NCBI GenBank assembly: GCA_018436095.1
Contig: JAHDMJ010000019.1
Coordinates: forward strand, 3,841 to 67,840
Reading direction: 5' to 3'
DNA from: Clostridia bacterium
GTDB taxonomy: Bacteria > Bacillota > Peptococcia > DRI-13 > UBA5745
Length of the DNA: 64,000 nucleotides
In this document: piece by piece, positions 35,310 to 45,081 of the stretch
Numbering within the stretch: position 1 is the first letter of the stretch
How the letters are laid out: each line of letters begins with the position of its first letter
The notes under the pieces: generated by a model
Seen by the model: only the letters and a program-made list of their open reading frames with translations
The model's database searches: none
Told to the model about the DNA's origin: nothing
Translations under genes and position numbers: made by a program

Positions 35310-36515
35310 TTACTGCGCAGCCGATACCGTCTTAACATAGGCAAAGCCGTCGCCGCTTACCTGCTCAATAACGGCATTTTTGCCGATGGGATTATGTGTG
35401 GCGGGATCATTGGTAAATACGCCGGTCAACACTCTGACGTCCTTGGCATTTGCCATCCAATTAGCTACCTCTTCGGTGTTGGTATTGCCCAAATCCTCAA
35501 TAGCCGCCTTTAGTACCATAATGGCGTCAAGGGCAAAGGCGGGATTGGGCATAACGGGATCTTCTTTGTAGGTCTCCCGGTACTGCTTAACAAAATCTGC
35601 CAGCAGCGGGTCTTCCATACTGGCGGAGTTGACCAGGTAGGCGCCCTGGGCAGCGCTGCCGGCGATTTCCATCAATTCCTGGGTGGGCCAGTTATCACAG
35701 CCGATAAACTCACAGGTCATGCCAAGCTCTCTGGCCTGCTTCATGGCCAGGGCCCCTTGGGTATGGGTGCTGGGCAAATATAGAATATCTGCTCCGGACT
35801 CTTTAATTTTGGCAAGCTGGGCCTTATATTCCAGTTCCTCGGAACGGAAGGATTCATGGGCGACAATGCTGCCGCCGAGAGCTTCAAAGGTACCGGTGAA
35901 ATACTTGCCCAGGTAGGTGGAGTAATCGCTGCCTACATCAGTAAGAATTGCCGCCTTGCGCCCGCCCAAATCCTCATACGCAAAGGTGGCGGCTACAGAA
36001 CCCTGGTACGGATCAATGAAGCAGACCCTGAAGGCGTATTCCAGAGCCTTATCCTGGCCTTTCGGAACGGTTAAAAGCTCATTGGTACCGGTGGTGGTGA
36101 TGAGGGGGACTTTCTTTTCTTCGCAAATAGCGGCGCAAGCGATAGCATTGCCGGACTGGGACGGTCCAATCATCGCTATGATTCCTTCGCCAATGAGACG
36201 GGTGCAGATATTTACAGCTTCCGCTTGGTCACCCTTATTATCATAATGAATCACTTTCAATTGTCTGCCCAGGATACCGCCGCCTTCATTAACTTGCTTG
36301 ACATACATATCAAGGGCATTTACTTCCGCAAGGCCAAACCTGGCCCCCGTACCGGTTAACGACGCATTATGACCGATGATAATGGGGCCTTCTTCTTTCC
36401 CTTGACCGTCTGCGGCTGTGCCGGCGCTGCCGCAACCCCCTAAACTCAAAATAAGACTTAATATCAGGGCCATAGCACAAAGCAGGGTCATTTTGCTTTT
36501 CCGTTTCATCAGCAA
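35310..36515 (-). CDS. ABC transporter substrate-binding lipoprotein, LivJ/branched-chain-amino-acid type (Peripla_BP_6-like)
   Basis: Lipobox LGGCGS, 401 aa, typical IIIGHNASLTGTGARFG and GPSQSGNAIA segments. No adjacent permease or ATPase genes. Confidence 0.85.
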   Translation of the reverse strand: MLMKRKSKMTLLCAMALILSLILSLGGCGSAGTAADGQGKEEGPIIIGHNASLTGTGARFGLAEVNALDMYVKQVNEGGGILGRQLKVIHYDNKGDQAEAVNICTRLIGEGIIAMIGPSQSGNAIACAAICEEKKVPLITTTGTNELLTVPKGQDKALEYAFRVCFIDPYQGSVAATFAYEDLGGRKAAILTDVGSDYSTYLGKYFTGTFEALGGSIVAHESFRSEELEYKAQLAKIKESGADILYLPSTHTQGALAMKQARELGMTCEFIGCDNWPTQELMEIAGSAAQGAYLVNSASMEDPLLADFVKQYRETYKEDPVMPNPAFALDAIMVLKAAIEDLGNTNTEEVANWMANAKDVRVLTGVFTNDPATHNPIGKNAVIEQVSGDGFAYVKTVSAAQ

Positions 36516-36653
36516 CTCTTCCTTTCATGATCTCTCGATTTGTAATGTTGAATCAGAAGATTATGGTTGTTCTAGGAAAAAGAAGTGTTTTCTAGATTTT
36601 ATAACGAGTAGTTAAAATTGTCAATAATATACTTTTTTTGGTATTCGTTTTTT

Positions 36654-36717
36654 ATGTCAGGTTTACTTGACATGCGAAAGAATACTCACTATACTTTATG
36701 TAAAGTATACCTGACAT
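36654..36717 (+). promoter_or_regulatory. Sigma-A promoter with nested palindromes (candidate autoregulatory operator) upstream of the XRE gene
   Basis: TTGACA (36667-36672), 17 nt, TATACT (36690-36695). Inner palindrome TATACTTTA-TG-TAAAGTATA at 36690-36709. Outer palindrome ATGTCAGGT (36654-36662) / ACCTGACAT (36709-36717). Confidence 0.7.
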
Positions 36718-36734
36718 TTAAGGGAGGCGATCCA

Positions 36735-36941
36735 GTGGATAACAAAGTTAGGGAATTTCGAGAAAAGCTGGGTTTGACCCAAAAAGAGTTGGGGGAGCAC
36801 GTCAATGTTTCTCGTCAGGCCATCAATGCTATAGAAACCGGAAAGTTTGACCCTTCCATATGGCTCGCCTATGATTTAGCCCAATACTTCGGTGTCCCCA
36901 TAGAAATATTGTTTCTTTTTAAGGAGGAAGATCGGAAATGA
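36735..36941 (+). CDS. XRE-family HTH transcriptional regulator (short, YozG-like)
   Basis: 68 aa from the GTG at 36735, 7 nt after AGGGAGG. HTH LTQKELGEHVNVSRQAINAIETGK. Confidence 0.85.
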   Translation: MDNKVREFREKLGLTQKELGEHVNVSRQAINAIETGKFDPSIWLAYDLAQYFGVPIEILFLFKEEDRK

Positions 36942-37402
36942 ATCGTATTCTCAGGCATCCGGCAGCCAATGGAATCTGCATCAGCTTGTTTTCCGCATTT
37001 TACGCATTGATTTTTATCATCACATCAGGCCATAGGGAATTTACAAATTTACTGTATTACAGCCGTCATCCCCAAATAGATTCCTTTTGGGGAAGCTGGA
37101 GCGGCTTCCTGGCCGCCGGCCGCCACGCCTATATCGCTTATGGGCTGTTGGCAATTACAATCCTTGTGGTAATGCTTCTCTTCCTGCGCCGCAAAGCCTA
37201 CGACGAATATCATACGGCCCTCCTTATTCAATGCTTAATTGTCGCTTTAGTACTAACGCTCATTGCTATCGCCGCCTTCTTTTTAATAATCTTAAGCGAT
37301 GCCAACGGCATAGTTGAAAAGTTTACGTTTTTTATCACCATACATTGGGCAACGGTAGTACTGGCGGATTTGACCTATGTGACTTTGTGCAGATGGAAAT
37401 GA
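36938..37402 (+). CDS. Integral membrane protein (DUF2178-like), translationally coupled to the XRE gene
   Basis: ATGA overlap with the XRE stop. Four predicted TM helices. Confidence 0.6.
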   Translation: MNRILRHPAANGICISLFSAFYALIFIITSGHREFTNLLYYSRHPQIDSFWGSWSGFLAAGRHAYIAYGLLAITILVVMLLFLRRKAYDEYHTALLIQCLIVALVLTLIAIAAFFLIILSDANGIVEKFTFFITIHWATVVLADLTYVTLCRWK

Positions 37403-37414
37403 GGAATAATAAAA

Positions 37415-37855
37415 ATGCAAAAATTCCCTTTAATAATTCTAAGGATAATTATTGTCCTATCGGTTGGCCTCAGTATGCTGGCCGGCATATTTTTATTGCC
37501 AAAATGCGGAGCAGCTATAGCAGAGGCTCTGCCGCAACTGGCTTTTTGGCGATATCCAATCGTTGCCGGTTTTTATGGGATGGTTGCCTGCTTTCTTTTT
37601 GCATTGTGGCAGTTTTGGCTTTTATTGAACGGCATCGCCAGGAACAGAACCCTTGAGGCCAAAAGACTAAAGGCCATTAAATTCAGCGCCCTTACCTTCG
37701 CCATATTGTATTTTTTCTGCTTAATGCCCATTATCGTTTTAGCAGCGAAAGCTGACGATGCGCCGGGGTTAATCTTGCTGGGGGCCTTCTTAGACTCATT
37801 GCCCATAGGAGTGGCGGCGGTGGCAGCAATTTTGGAAAGAACCGTTGGTAAATAA
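37415..37855 (+). CDS. Integral membrane protein (DUF2975-like)
   Basis: Four predicted TM helices. Common partner of short XRE regulators in Firmicutes (from memory). Confidence 0.6.
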   Translation: MQKFPLIILRIIIVLSVGLSMLAGIFLLPKCGAAIAEALPQLAFWRYPIVAGFYGMVACFLFALWQFWLLLNGIARNRTLEAKRLKAIKFSALTFAILYFFCLMPIIVLAAKADDAPGLILLGAFLDSLPIGVAAVAAILERTVGK

Positions 37856-37875
37856 TCGACAGAACGATAAATAGG

Positions 37876-37921
37876 AAAAGAGAGAGGAGCTATCTCTTGG
37901 AAGATAACGCCTCTCTCTTTT
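37876..37921. terminator. Bidirectional terminator (12-bp perfect stem)
   Basis: aaaagagagagg...cctctctctttt, between convergent genes. Confidence 0.75.
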
Positions 37922-37962
37922 ATAATCAATTATAGTCAAAGTCTGGAATGCCTAAGTCTCCA

Positions 37963-40050
37963 TCACATTTCCGTTGCCAAATCCTTAATGACCTTTTTGC
38001 CTTTCATGGGTCCGATCCTTACGGTATCCCCCGGTTTAACCATAGTGCAGCACCCCCGCACATTGGCGCCGTCCGCCTCAATTACGCAGGAGGTGCATGA
38101 CCCTTGATGGCATTGATAATCCCGGTAGGATAAAGAGCTGTCACATGCTTGCTGGATATAGCGGAGGATGTTGAGAATGGTTTGAGGCTCATCGGCAGGG
38201 ATGCTATAGCTTTGCCAGCAGCCGGGCTGCTGGCTGGCGGGATCAAAACGAAAAACTATAGCCTCTATGCCTTGTTTAGCCAAATTTACTGTCTCAGCCG
38301 CCGCCATTGCCCCTTCAGCGGCAGTTCCAGAAGCATCCGTATCAGGCTTTTCCCGGCCTGAAGGCGCAGATACGGTAATATTCATATGCTGTTCCAGCTT
38401 TTGAATGACTGTATGGCAGTTATCCCAGCCGAGATTTTGTTCCGGATAATCCCGGCGGAAGTGATGGCCCCGGCTTTCCTGACGCTTTAAGGCCGCCCGG
38501 CAAATCATCTCCGCCACATCCAGCATACTGTAAGCTTCCCCCGCCGCCAGCAGCAGCAGATTCATCACCGGAGCAGAGCCCGCTTTCATCAAAGGCAACT
38601 GCTCTTTTTTTATTTGCTGCAGCAATGCCAGAGCTTCTCTAATCTTTGCGGCTTCTTTGCCGTAGCCCATATAGCGGTCCATGATCGCCTGAATCTGGCT
38701 TTTGATTGCCAAGGGATCAATTGCCTTACCCTCATTCTTGTCCTTGTCTCTTTGCAGCAGACCCTTGAGAAAATCGGCATGGCCGGCAGCCTCGTCAGCC
38801 CGAAGCGGCTGAAGCTCTGAGTTTTGAGCATATCTGGCCGCAGACAAGCCGGCCACTTTGCCAAAAGACTGGGTTTCCGTAAGGGCATTGCCGGCTATCC
38901 GGTTGGCGCCATGAATATTGCCGGCGGCTTCCCCGGCGGCAAAGAGCCCGTCTACCGATGTAGCGGCCTCTTCGTTAATCATGATTCCCCCCAAAGTATA
39001 GTGAATCATGGGAATCATCTCCAGGGGTTCCTCCACCATATCAACGCCAAGGCCTTTTACATAGGAATAGCCCATGACCAATTTCTCCAGCCGGGCGTCT
39101 ATGGCGGCTTTATCATGCCTCGATTGGGAAAAGTCCAGATAGATGCCGCCGTGGCTTGAACCCCGGCCGGCTTGGATTTCTTCAAACATACGGCGGATCA
39201 GCTCATCCCGGGCCGGCAGATGACCGCCGTCAAACAAGGGCTGGCCGCAGCCGTTGACTAAACGGCCGTCGCATAGATGGGTCTCCAGGCAGGCTTCATA
39301 GTCCACTAAAACGCCTTTGACCCTTTGAGGATGCAGAATCACTGTGGGATAGTATTGAACCATCTCCATATCCTCAAGCTTGGCGCCGGCCTCATAAGCC
39401 AGGTGATAGGCGTCGCCGGTATTATGGGGAGGGTTATCATTGGTAGCCCATAAGCAGCCGTAGCCGCCGCCGGCCAGCACAATGCTTTTAGTCCGGATCA
39501 ACACAATGGCTCCATCCCTTAAAGAAATACCCACAGCCCCAGCTACCCGGTTTTCCTCCACCAAAAGCTTCGTCACCACAAAATCCTCAAGGCAACCAAT
39601 GTTTAATTGCTTCATTTTTGTCTTGAGAACCTGCATGATTCTCTTGCCGCCGCCTTGGACAATCACCGATCTGGGATAGGTTTCCCCCGGCACCCGCAAC
39701 TGTTTGATGACGCCCTCTTCATATTCTAAAGGCAGCCCGTATTCAACCAGTTCCTCCAGACAGGCCACAGCCTCTCCGGCTAAAACCGCAGCCAGCTTTG
39801 GATTGGCTAACTTCCGGCCGCTTTTCACCGTGTCCAGACAGTGCTGTTCACTGCTGTCCCGGCTGTCTGCCGTACCTAAAGCTGCAGCAAAACCCCAGCT
39901 AGCCAAAGGCGTGGAGCCGGACTTGCCGACTAAGCCTTTACAGACTAATAAAACTCCAGCCTTCGCTTCACAGGCCGCAATAGCCGCTTTTACGCCGGCG
40001 CCGCCGCCGCCGATAACCAGGACCTCCGTTGATAACTCCATAATTTGCAT
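37963..40050 (-). CDS. Fusion protein: SdhA/FrdA/NadB-like FAD flavoprotein plus C-terminal SdhB-N-like 2Fe-2S ferredoxin domain
   Basis: VIGGGGAGVKAA dinucleotide fold, GLFAAGEAAGNIHGANRIAGNAL, ESRGHHFRRDYP. Ala/Thr-rich linker, then CHQGSCTSCVIEADGANVRGCC (Cx4Cx2C...C). Confidence 0.8.
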   Translation of the reverse strand: MQIMELSTEVLVIGGGGAGVKAAIAACEAKAGVLLVCKGLVGKSGSTPLASWGFAAALGTADSRDSSEQHCLDTVKSGRKLANPKLAAVLAGEAVACLEELVEYGLPLEYEEGVIKQLRVPGETYPRSVIVQGGGKRIMQVLKTKMKQLNIGCLEDFVVTKLLVEENRVAGAVGISLRDGAIVLIRTKSIVLAGGGYGCLWATNDNPPHNTGDAYHLAYEAGAKLEDMEMVQYYPTVILHPQRVKGVLVDYEACLETHLCDGRLVNGCGQPLFDGGHLPARDELIRRMFEEIQAGRGSSHGGIYLDFSQSRHDKAAIDARLEKLVMGYSYVKGLGVDMVEEPLEMIPMIHYTLGGIMINEEAATSVDGLFAAGEAAGNIHGANRIAGNALTETQSFGKVAGLSAARYAQNSELQPLRADEAAGHADFLKGLLQRDKDKNEGKAIDPLAIKSQIQAIMDRYMGYGKEAAKIREALALLQQIKKEQLPLMKAGSAPVMNLLLLAAGEAYSMLDVAEMICRAALKRQESRGHHFRRDYPEQNLGWDNCHTVIQKLEQHMNITVSAPSGREKPDTDASGTAAEGAMAAAETVNLAKQGIEAIVFRFDPASQQPGCWQSYSIPADEPQTILNILRYIQQACDSSLSYRDYQCHQGSCTSCVIEADGANVRGCCTMVKPGDTVRIGPMKGKKVIKDLATEM

Positions 40051-40160
40051 AGCCGTCCGCTCCTTTTTGGGCGCAGCCTTTTTGCCGCTGTTTTTGAGTC
40101 ATTCTTTTTTGCCACTATTTTTAGGCTCGTCTTTATTGGCGTTAGTATATCATTACCCGG

Positions 40161-41063
40161 TCAAGTTGTCATTGCCGGCTCACTTTTGCTCTTGACTCTC
40201 TGAATGATCAACACGCCCGCAATAATCAGCCCACTGCCCAAACATTGCAGCAAAGTCATCTTTTCATCAAACAGGATAACGGCCAATATTACGGAAACCA
40301 GGGGCTCCGCCGTCCCAATAATGCTGGCCTTGGCCGGCCCAATGGTTTTGATGCTGGCCCAAAACAGAACGACCGCAAAAACAGTGGAACACAAAATCAT
40401 TCCGGCCATAGCCAGCCAGCCGTAGCCGGGAAAGCCAAAGAAGAGGGAGCCGGCAATCAATCCGTTCAACGTATAGGTGATGCAAGCGCCGGACATAATC
40501 AGCGTCGCAGATTGAATGGGTTCCAAATCTTTTTGAATAACGTTGCCGATTACCACATAGGCCGTATAGGCAAAGGAGGCGCCTATGCCGCACAGTATGC
40601 CCCAGGCATTGATTTGCGACAGATCCACATTCAGCAATAAAGCAATCCCAATAAAGGATAAAGCCAAGGCCCCAGCCTTGTCCTTTGTCAGCCTATCGTC
40701 TTTGCGAATGATAGTAACAATGGTGACAAAAATCGGATAAGTACATAGCAGCAGGCTGGCCAAGGAAGCGGAGATCATCGTTACCGCCAGGAGGTTCAAG
40801 GCCGACATGGCACTATAAACCAAACCGCCCACTAATAAAAGCTTTATCACCGCTTCCTTTGGGAAAGCCTGATAACGCTTGGTAAAAATAAGAAATACCC
40901 ATAACAAAATTACGCAGCCGCTAAAACGCAAAAACAAAACCGTGGGCACATTAACGCCAAATCCATAAGCAAATTTTGCAAAAATCGGATAAGCGCCGAA
41001 GGAAGCTGCGGAGATGAAAGCCATTAATGGCCCCAAGCGCTCTTTATCAGCTAGATTTTTCAT
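40161..41063 (-). CDS. DMT-superfamily (EamA-type) transporter
   Basis: 300 aa, about 10 TM helices in two EamA-like halves. Confidence 0.85.
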   Translation of the reverse strand: MKNLADKERLGPLMAFISAASFGAYPIFAKFAYGFGVNVPTVLFLRFSGCVILLWVFLIFTKRYQAFPKEAVIKLLLVGGLVYSAMSALNLLAVTMISASLASLLLCTYPIFVTIVTIIRKDDRLTKDKAGALALSFIGIALLLNVDLSQINAWGILCGIGASFAYTAYVVIGNVIQKDLEPIQSATLIMSGACITYTLNGLIAGSLFFGFPGYGWLAMAGMILCSTVFAVVLFWASIKTIGPAKASIIGTAEPLVSVILAVILFDEKMTLLQCLGSGLIIAGVLIIQRVKSKSEPAMTT

Positions 41064-41074
41064 CTTTACTCCTC

Positions 41075-41815
41075 TTATTTCAACAATAGTTGGCCGTATC
41101 CCGATATTTTCTCCATTACCCCCGCTAATCTTAAAACCTGCCAGAAGCTGGCCTGTATGGCGGAAATCACGGGCTTGCCCAAATCCTTTTCCAAAGCCTC
41201 CAGAATCGGTACCGTACGCATAGCCGTACAGAGGATAAGCACTGCTTCGGCGGAGCAGGTATCAATAGTTTTGGCGTATTGATAGTTTTTCTCCAGGGAT
41301 TGCCCGTGAATATCACTATCATAAATAAACCCTAATCCTTCAATACGGGTTACTTCAATGCCGCTGTTTTCCAGATAGCTTTTGGCCCGCTGAAAAACCT
41401 CCGGGACATAAGGAGTGGCAATGGCAACTTTATTAATATGCAGAGCTTCCAAGGCTTTAAGCAATGCGGAAGTGGTGGTAGTGCAAGGTACTCCGGCAGC
41501 ATCCTCCATCTGCTGAATCAAGCCGTCATTATAGGCCCTGCCGTTGACAAAGCTGCCGCTGGTGCAGCCCAGCAAAATAGCATCCGCCTCTGAACCTGCC
41601 AACAGCCGGGCGGAATCAACTACCATGGAGCCCATTTTCTGCAGGCCTTCCACACTGCAGTCCTCCAGCAAAACCCGGGTAGTGCAGGTAATCACGCCCG
41701 GCGGCGACATAGCATAAAACTCCGGTTCCATAACCCAGGAGGAAGAAGGGTAAATCAGGCCCAACTTGGCCCGCCAGCCGTAAATATCATCCAACATAAG
41801 CAGCCTCTTTTCCAA
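41075..41815 (-). CDS. Maleate-isomerase/arylmalonate-decarboxylase-type member of the Asp/Glu racemase superfamily
   Basis: WRAKLGLIYPSS N-terminus and two catalytic-type Cys motifs (LLGCTSGSF, LILCTAMRTV), 246 aa. Confidence 0.8.
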   Translation of the reverse strand: MEKRLLMLDDIYGWRAKLGLIYPSSSWVMEPEFYAMSPPGVITCTTRVLLEDCSVEGLQKMGSMVVDSARLLAGSEADAILLGCTSGSFVNGRAYNDGLIQQMEDAAGVPCTTTTSALLKALEALHINKVAIATPYVPEVFQRAKSYLENSGIEVTRIEGLGFIYDSDIHGQSLEKNYQYAKTIDTCSAEAVLILCTAMRTVPILEALEKDLGKPVISAIQASFWQVLRLAGVMEKISGYGQLLLK

Positions 41816-41835
41816 TTAAATTTCCTCATAAGGAC

Positions 41836-41862
41836 AAAGAAAAGAGGCAGTGAGCACTGCCC
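41836..41862 (-). terminator. Hairpin plus U-run after dctP (internal attenuator or partial terminator)
   Basis: Minus strand reads GGCAGTG-CTC-CACTGCC followed by tcttttcttt. Confidence 0.5.
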
Positions 41863-41921
41863 CTTTCCCAGAGGGAGGGCTTACTAAAGCAAACCCGGGA
41901 TTCCAGATGCCTGCTAAGGCT

Positions 41922-42977
41922 TTACAATTTATCAACGTCGGCAACGATCAATTCCATAATTTCCTTGCCGCTTTCCCCCGTCATCTCCACATAAGTCCGG
42001 CGGGCGGGTTCCACCAAGGATCTGAAGACATCCCTTTGGCTATCTGTAAGCTCGATAACTTCGATACTGGTGGTGGCTTTGATGTTTTCCAGGGCTTTCT
42101 CATTAAGCTCCTGTTGCTTTTCGAAGAGATATTGATTGCATTCAACCACCGCATCTTTTACGATTTTCTGAATATCCTCGGGCAAAGTATTCCAATAATC
42201 TCTATTGGCGGCAAAGGTGCCTACAAAGCTATCCTGATTGGAAAGCATCAAATATTTCTGAACCTCGGCAAACTTCATTTCGTCAATAGCAAAGAGAGGA
42301 TTAACCTGGCCATCCACCATCTTTAGCTGCAAGGCGCTGTATAATTCCATGTAAGGCACAGGCACCGGATTAGCGCCATAAGCCTCATAGGATTTAGCAA
42401 TGACCGGCGCGGCCATGGTACGGATCTTAAAGCCTTTCATATCCTCAGGGGTTACGATCGGCTTGTTGGCTGTCCAGACATTGAAGCCTTCCGGAAACCA
42501 ATCCAAAACATACATCCCTTGATTTTCGTACAAGGCATTCAGCTTCTTGATTCCTTCACCTTCCGTCACAACTTTTCGTACGCCTGCCATATCGCTGGGC
42601 ATCAAAAAGTGCAGGGAAAATACGTTGGCTTCCGGAATGATGGTTGCCGTTGCCCCGGGGTTATTAATGGCAAATTCTACGCCGCCCATTTGCAGCAGCT
42701 CAACCTGATTGGTGCTATCTCCCAATTGGCCTACGGGATAAACGTCTACTTTAATCCGGCCTTCGGATTTACTTTCAACAATTTCTTTGAATTTATTGGC
42801 ATAAAGATCCTGACAGCTACCCGCAACCTCTTCATGAGGCAAACGCCAGTTATAGGTTTGGGCAGCGGCGCTATCATTGGCCTGCCCTCCGGCAACATTG
42901 CTGCCGCCGCCTCCACAGCCGGCTAAAGCAACCATCATAAAGGCTATTAATAATAGAGCAGCTAATTTTTTATGCAT
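41922..42977 (-). CDS. dctP: TRAP transporter substrate-binding lipoprotein (DctP family)
   Basis: Lipobox LAGCGG, 351 aa, DctP-type segments (VDVYPVGQLGDSTNQVELLQMGGVEF). Confidence 0.88.
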   Translation of the reverse strand: MHKKLAALLLIAFMMVALAGCGGGGSNVAGGQANDSAAAQTYNWRLPHEEVAGSCQDLYANKFKEIVESKSEGRIKVDVYPVGQLGDSTNQVELLQMGGVEFAINNPGATATIIPEANVFSLHFLMPSDMAGVRKVVTEGEGIKKLNALYENQGMYVLDWFPEGFNVWTANKPIVTPEDMKGFKIRTMAAPVIAKSYEAYGANPVPVPYMELYSALQLKMVDGQVNPLFAIDEMKFAEVQKYLMLSNQDSFVGTFAANRDYWNTLPEDIQKIVKDAVVECNQYLFEKQQELNEKALENIKATTSIEVIELTDSQRDVFRSLVEPARRTYVEMTGESGKEIMELIVADVDKL

Positions 42978-43091
42978 GATTTTTCCCCTTTCGTCACGAT
43001 GATCTTTTTTATTTTTTTGGTGTTTCAGATCAACCTATTGCAGGCTCAGAGGACACCTCCCTTCAACCCATTAACGCAAATCTCCTTATAT

Positions 43092-44369
43092 TTAATAGAG
43101 TAAATTCCTGGACAGTAAGGTGAGGGCGGGGAAGAGAACAAAGATAATCGCCATAATGATATTGATCAGCATATAGGGGAACAGACCCCGGACAACCGTT
43201 AAAAAGGGCTTGTTAAAGATACCGCAGGCAGTAAAAATGTTGCAGCCGAAGGGGGGAGTAACGCAGCCGATGGCTGATTGCAAAGTTACGATAATGCCTA
43301 AATGGATGGGATCCACCCCGGCTTTGATGGCCACCGGATAAAAGATCGGCGTTAAGATGATAATGACGGGAATGGAGTCCACAAACATACAACTGACGAA
43401 AAAGAATAAGCTGATCATTGCCAATACTCTTAAGGCGGAAGGATCCGCGCCAAGAACGCCGGCCGTCAGCATTTGGGGGATCTGGGCATAGGTGATGACC
43501 CAGGAGAAAGCCTGGCCGCCGGCGATAAGGATAAAGACGGAGGCCGTAACCAGACCGGTGGATAAAGCGATTTTCGGGAAGTCCTTAAATTTCAGGGATT
43601 TATAGATGAATACCTCCAGTATTGTGGCATACAGCGCCGATGCCGCAGCAGCCTCAGTGGGGCTGAATTTTCCCGTATAAATACCGCCCAGAACCAAAGC
43701 GGGAAAGCCCAAGGGCAAAAGGGCCTGCTTAAAAGCAATCAAACGTTCTTTCCAGGTGGCCTTTTGGGTGGTTTTAATCTTTTTATAACGGGCGTAAAAG
43801 TAATCATAAGAAGCAAAAGCCGCAAAAAGCAGTAATCCCGGTGCAAAGCCGGCCATAAACAGTTCGCCTACGGATACGCCTGTGACTACGCAATACATGA
43901 TCATGCAAATGCTGGGGGGGATTAACAAGGCCAAATTGGCATTATTCATTAACAAAGCAATGACATGAGACACGTTATAGCCGGCCTGAAACATCGGCTT
44001 AAACATGGGCTTACCGATGGCAACCAGCGTAGCTTGGGTGGAGCCGGAAATAGCCCCGAAAATCGTGCAGGTACCGCCGGCGGTGATCGCTAAACCGCCA
44101 TGGATATGACCTACAAAGCTTTTGACCAGGTTAAGGAGCCGGTCGGCCATCTGGCCTTTGCTCATGATATCGGCGGCAAAGATAAACATAGGCACCGCCA
44201 ATAAAACAAAGGGGGAGACTCCGGAAATCAGCATCTGAATCAGCAGCTCCGGTTTTATGTTGGGAAAGTAATTTAACAATACTGCCAAAGGGGCTATGAT
44301 CATAGACAGCAGCATGGGAAAGCCCAGGATCAGAAAGCCCACCATAATGGACAATAATAATACAACCAT
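43092..44369 (-). CDS. dctM: TRAP transporter large permease (DctM family)
   Basis: 425 aa, about 12 TM helices, typical DctM architecture. Confidence 0.92.
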   Translation of the reverse strand: MVVLLLSIMVGFLILGFPMLLSMIIAPLAVLLNYFPNIKPELLIQMLISGVSPFVLLAVPMFIFAADIMSKGQMADRLLNLVKSFVGHIHGGLAITAGGTCTIFGAISGSTQATLVAIGKPMFKPMFQAGYNVSHVIALLMNNANLALLIPPSICMIMYCVVTGVSVGELFMAGFAPGLLLFAAFASYDYFYARYKKIKTTQKATWKERLIAFKQALLPLGFPALVLGGIYTGKFSPTEAAAASALYATILEVFIYKSLKFKDFPKIALSTGLVTASVFILIAGGQAFSWVITYAQIPQMLTAGVLGADPSALRVLAMISLFFFVSCMFVDSIPVIIILTPIFYPVAIKAGVDPIHLGIIVTLQSAIGCVTPPFGCNIFTACGIFNKPFLTVVRGLFPYMLINIIMAIIFVLFPALTLLSRNLLY

Positions 44370-44382
44370 ACCTTATGACCTC

Positions 44383-44985
44383 CTATTCTTTCGAGTCTTG
44401 GGGATCCGCCTCCAGGGCCTCATCCGCCATCGGTTCCCTGTCCATTATCAAAATCTCCGGATCCGCAGTTTCATCCGGTATAGGATCAATACAGGTATGG
44501 TAGTTTGTCTTATCCGTTATATTCATGAGGAGGATAATCAGGTACTGAAAAGCTCCCAATAGAAAGCCCAGAGGCACAAATAAGTAGGGCAGCCACATGG
44601 GCAGGCCCAAAGCGGGCGTAACCCGGCCGGTAGCATAAACCCCCATAATATAATTGGTGCTGAGATAAGTCAGAAAAAATAAGCATACTGTGGTAAAAGA
44701 CGATGAGATATACAGAAACAGCTTTTTGCCTTTAGGGGGCATGATATCAAAAAAGACGGTCATAATGATATGCCTGCCTACCCGGGCACAATAGCTTATA
44801 CCAATGAAGGTAACAATGATTGTTAACATGGAGCCTGCTTCTTCGGCGAATTTTAAACTATAATTAAAGACCAGCCGCCCGATAACGTTGGCCACCAGGA
44901 TTATGGTCATCAGCAATATACTGTAGCTCAAAATAAATTCTTCAAATTTTTTAATATAACCATTAAATTTTGCCAAACCTTCCAT
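44383..44985 (-). CDS. dctQ: TRAP transporter small permease (DctQ family) with acidic C-terminal extension
   Basis: Four TM helices in the first 150 aa or so, then a DPIPDETADPEILIMDREPMADEALEADPQDSKE tail. Confidence 0.8.
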   Translation of the reverse strand: MEGLAKFNGYIKKFEEFILSYSILLMTIILVANVIGRLVFNYSLKFAEEAGSMLTIIVTFIGISYCARVGRHIIMTVFFDIMPPKGKKLFLYISSSFTTVCLFFLTYLSTNYIMGVYATGRVTPALGLPMWLPYLFVPLGFLLGAFQYLIILLMNITDKTNYHTCIDPIPDETADPEILIMDREPMADEALEADPQDSKE

Positions 44986-45081
44986 ATATCCACCTCCTGC
45001 TCCCTATTTCATTGGCCCACCGGCCGGTTCCAGCCAATCCTGTCCAACCGGCGAGCCAATATTAATCAAAAACTGCCGGCT

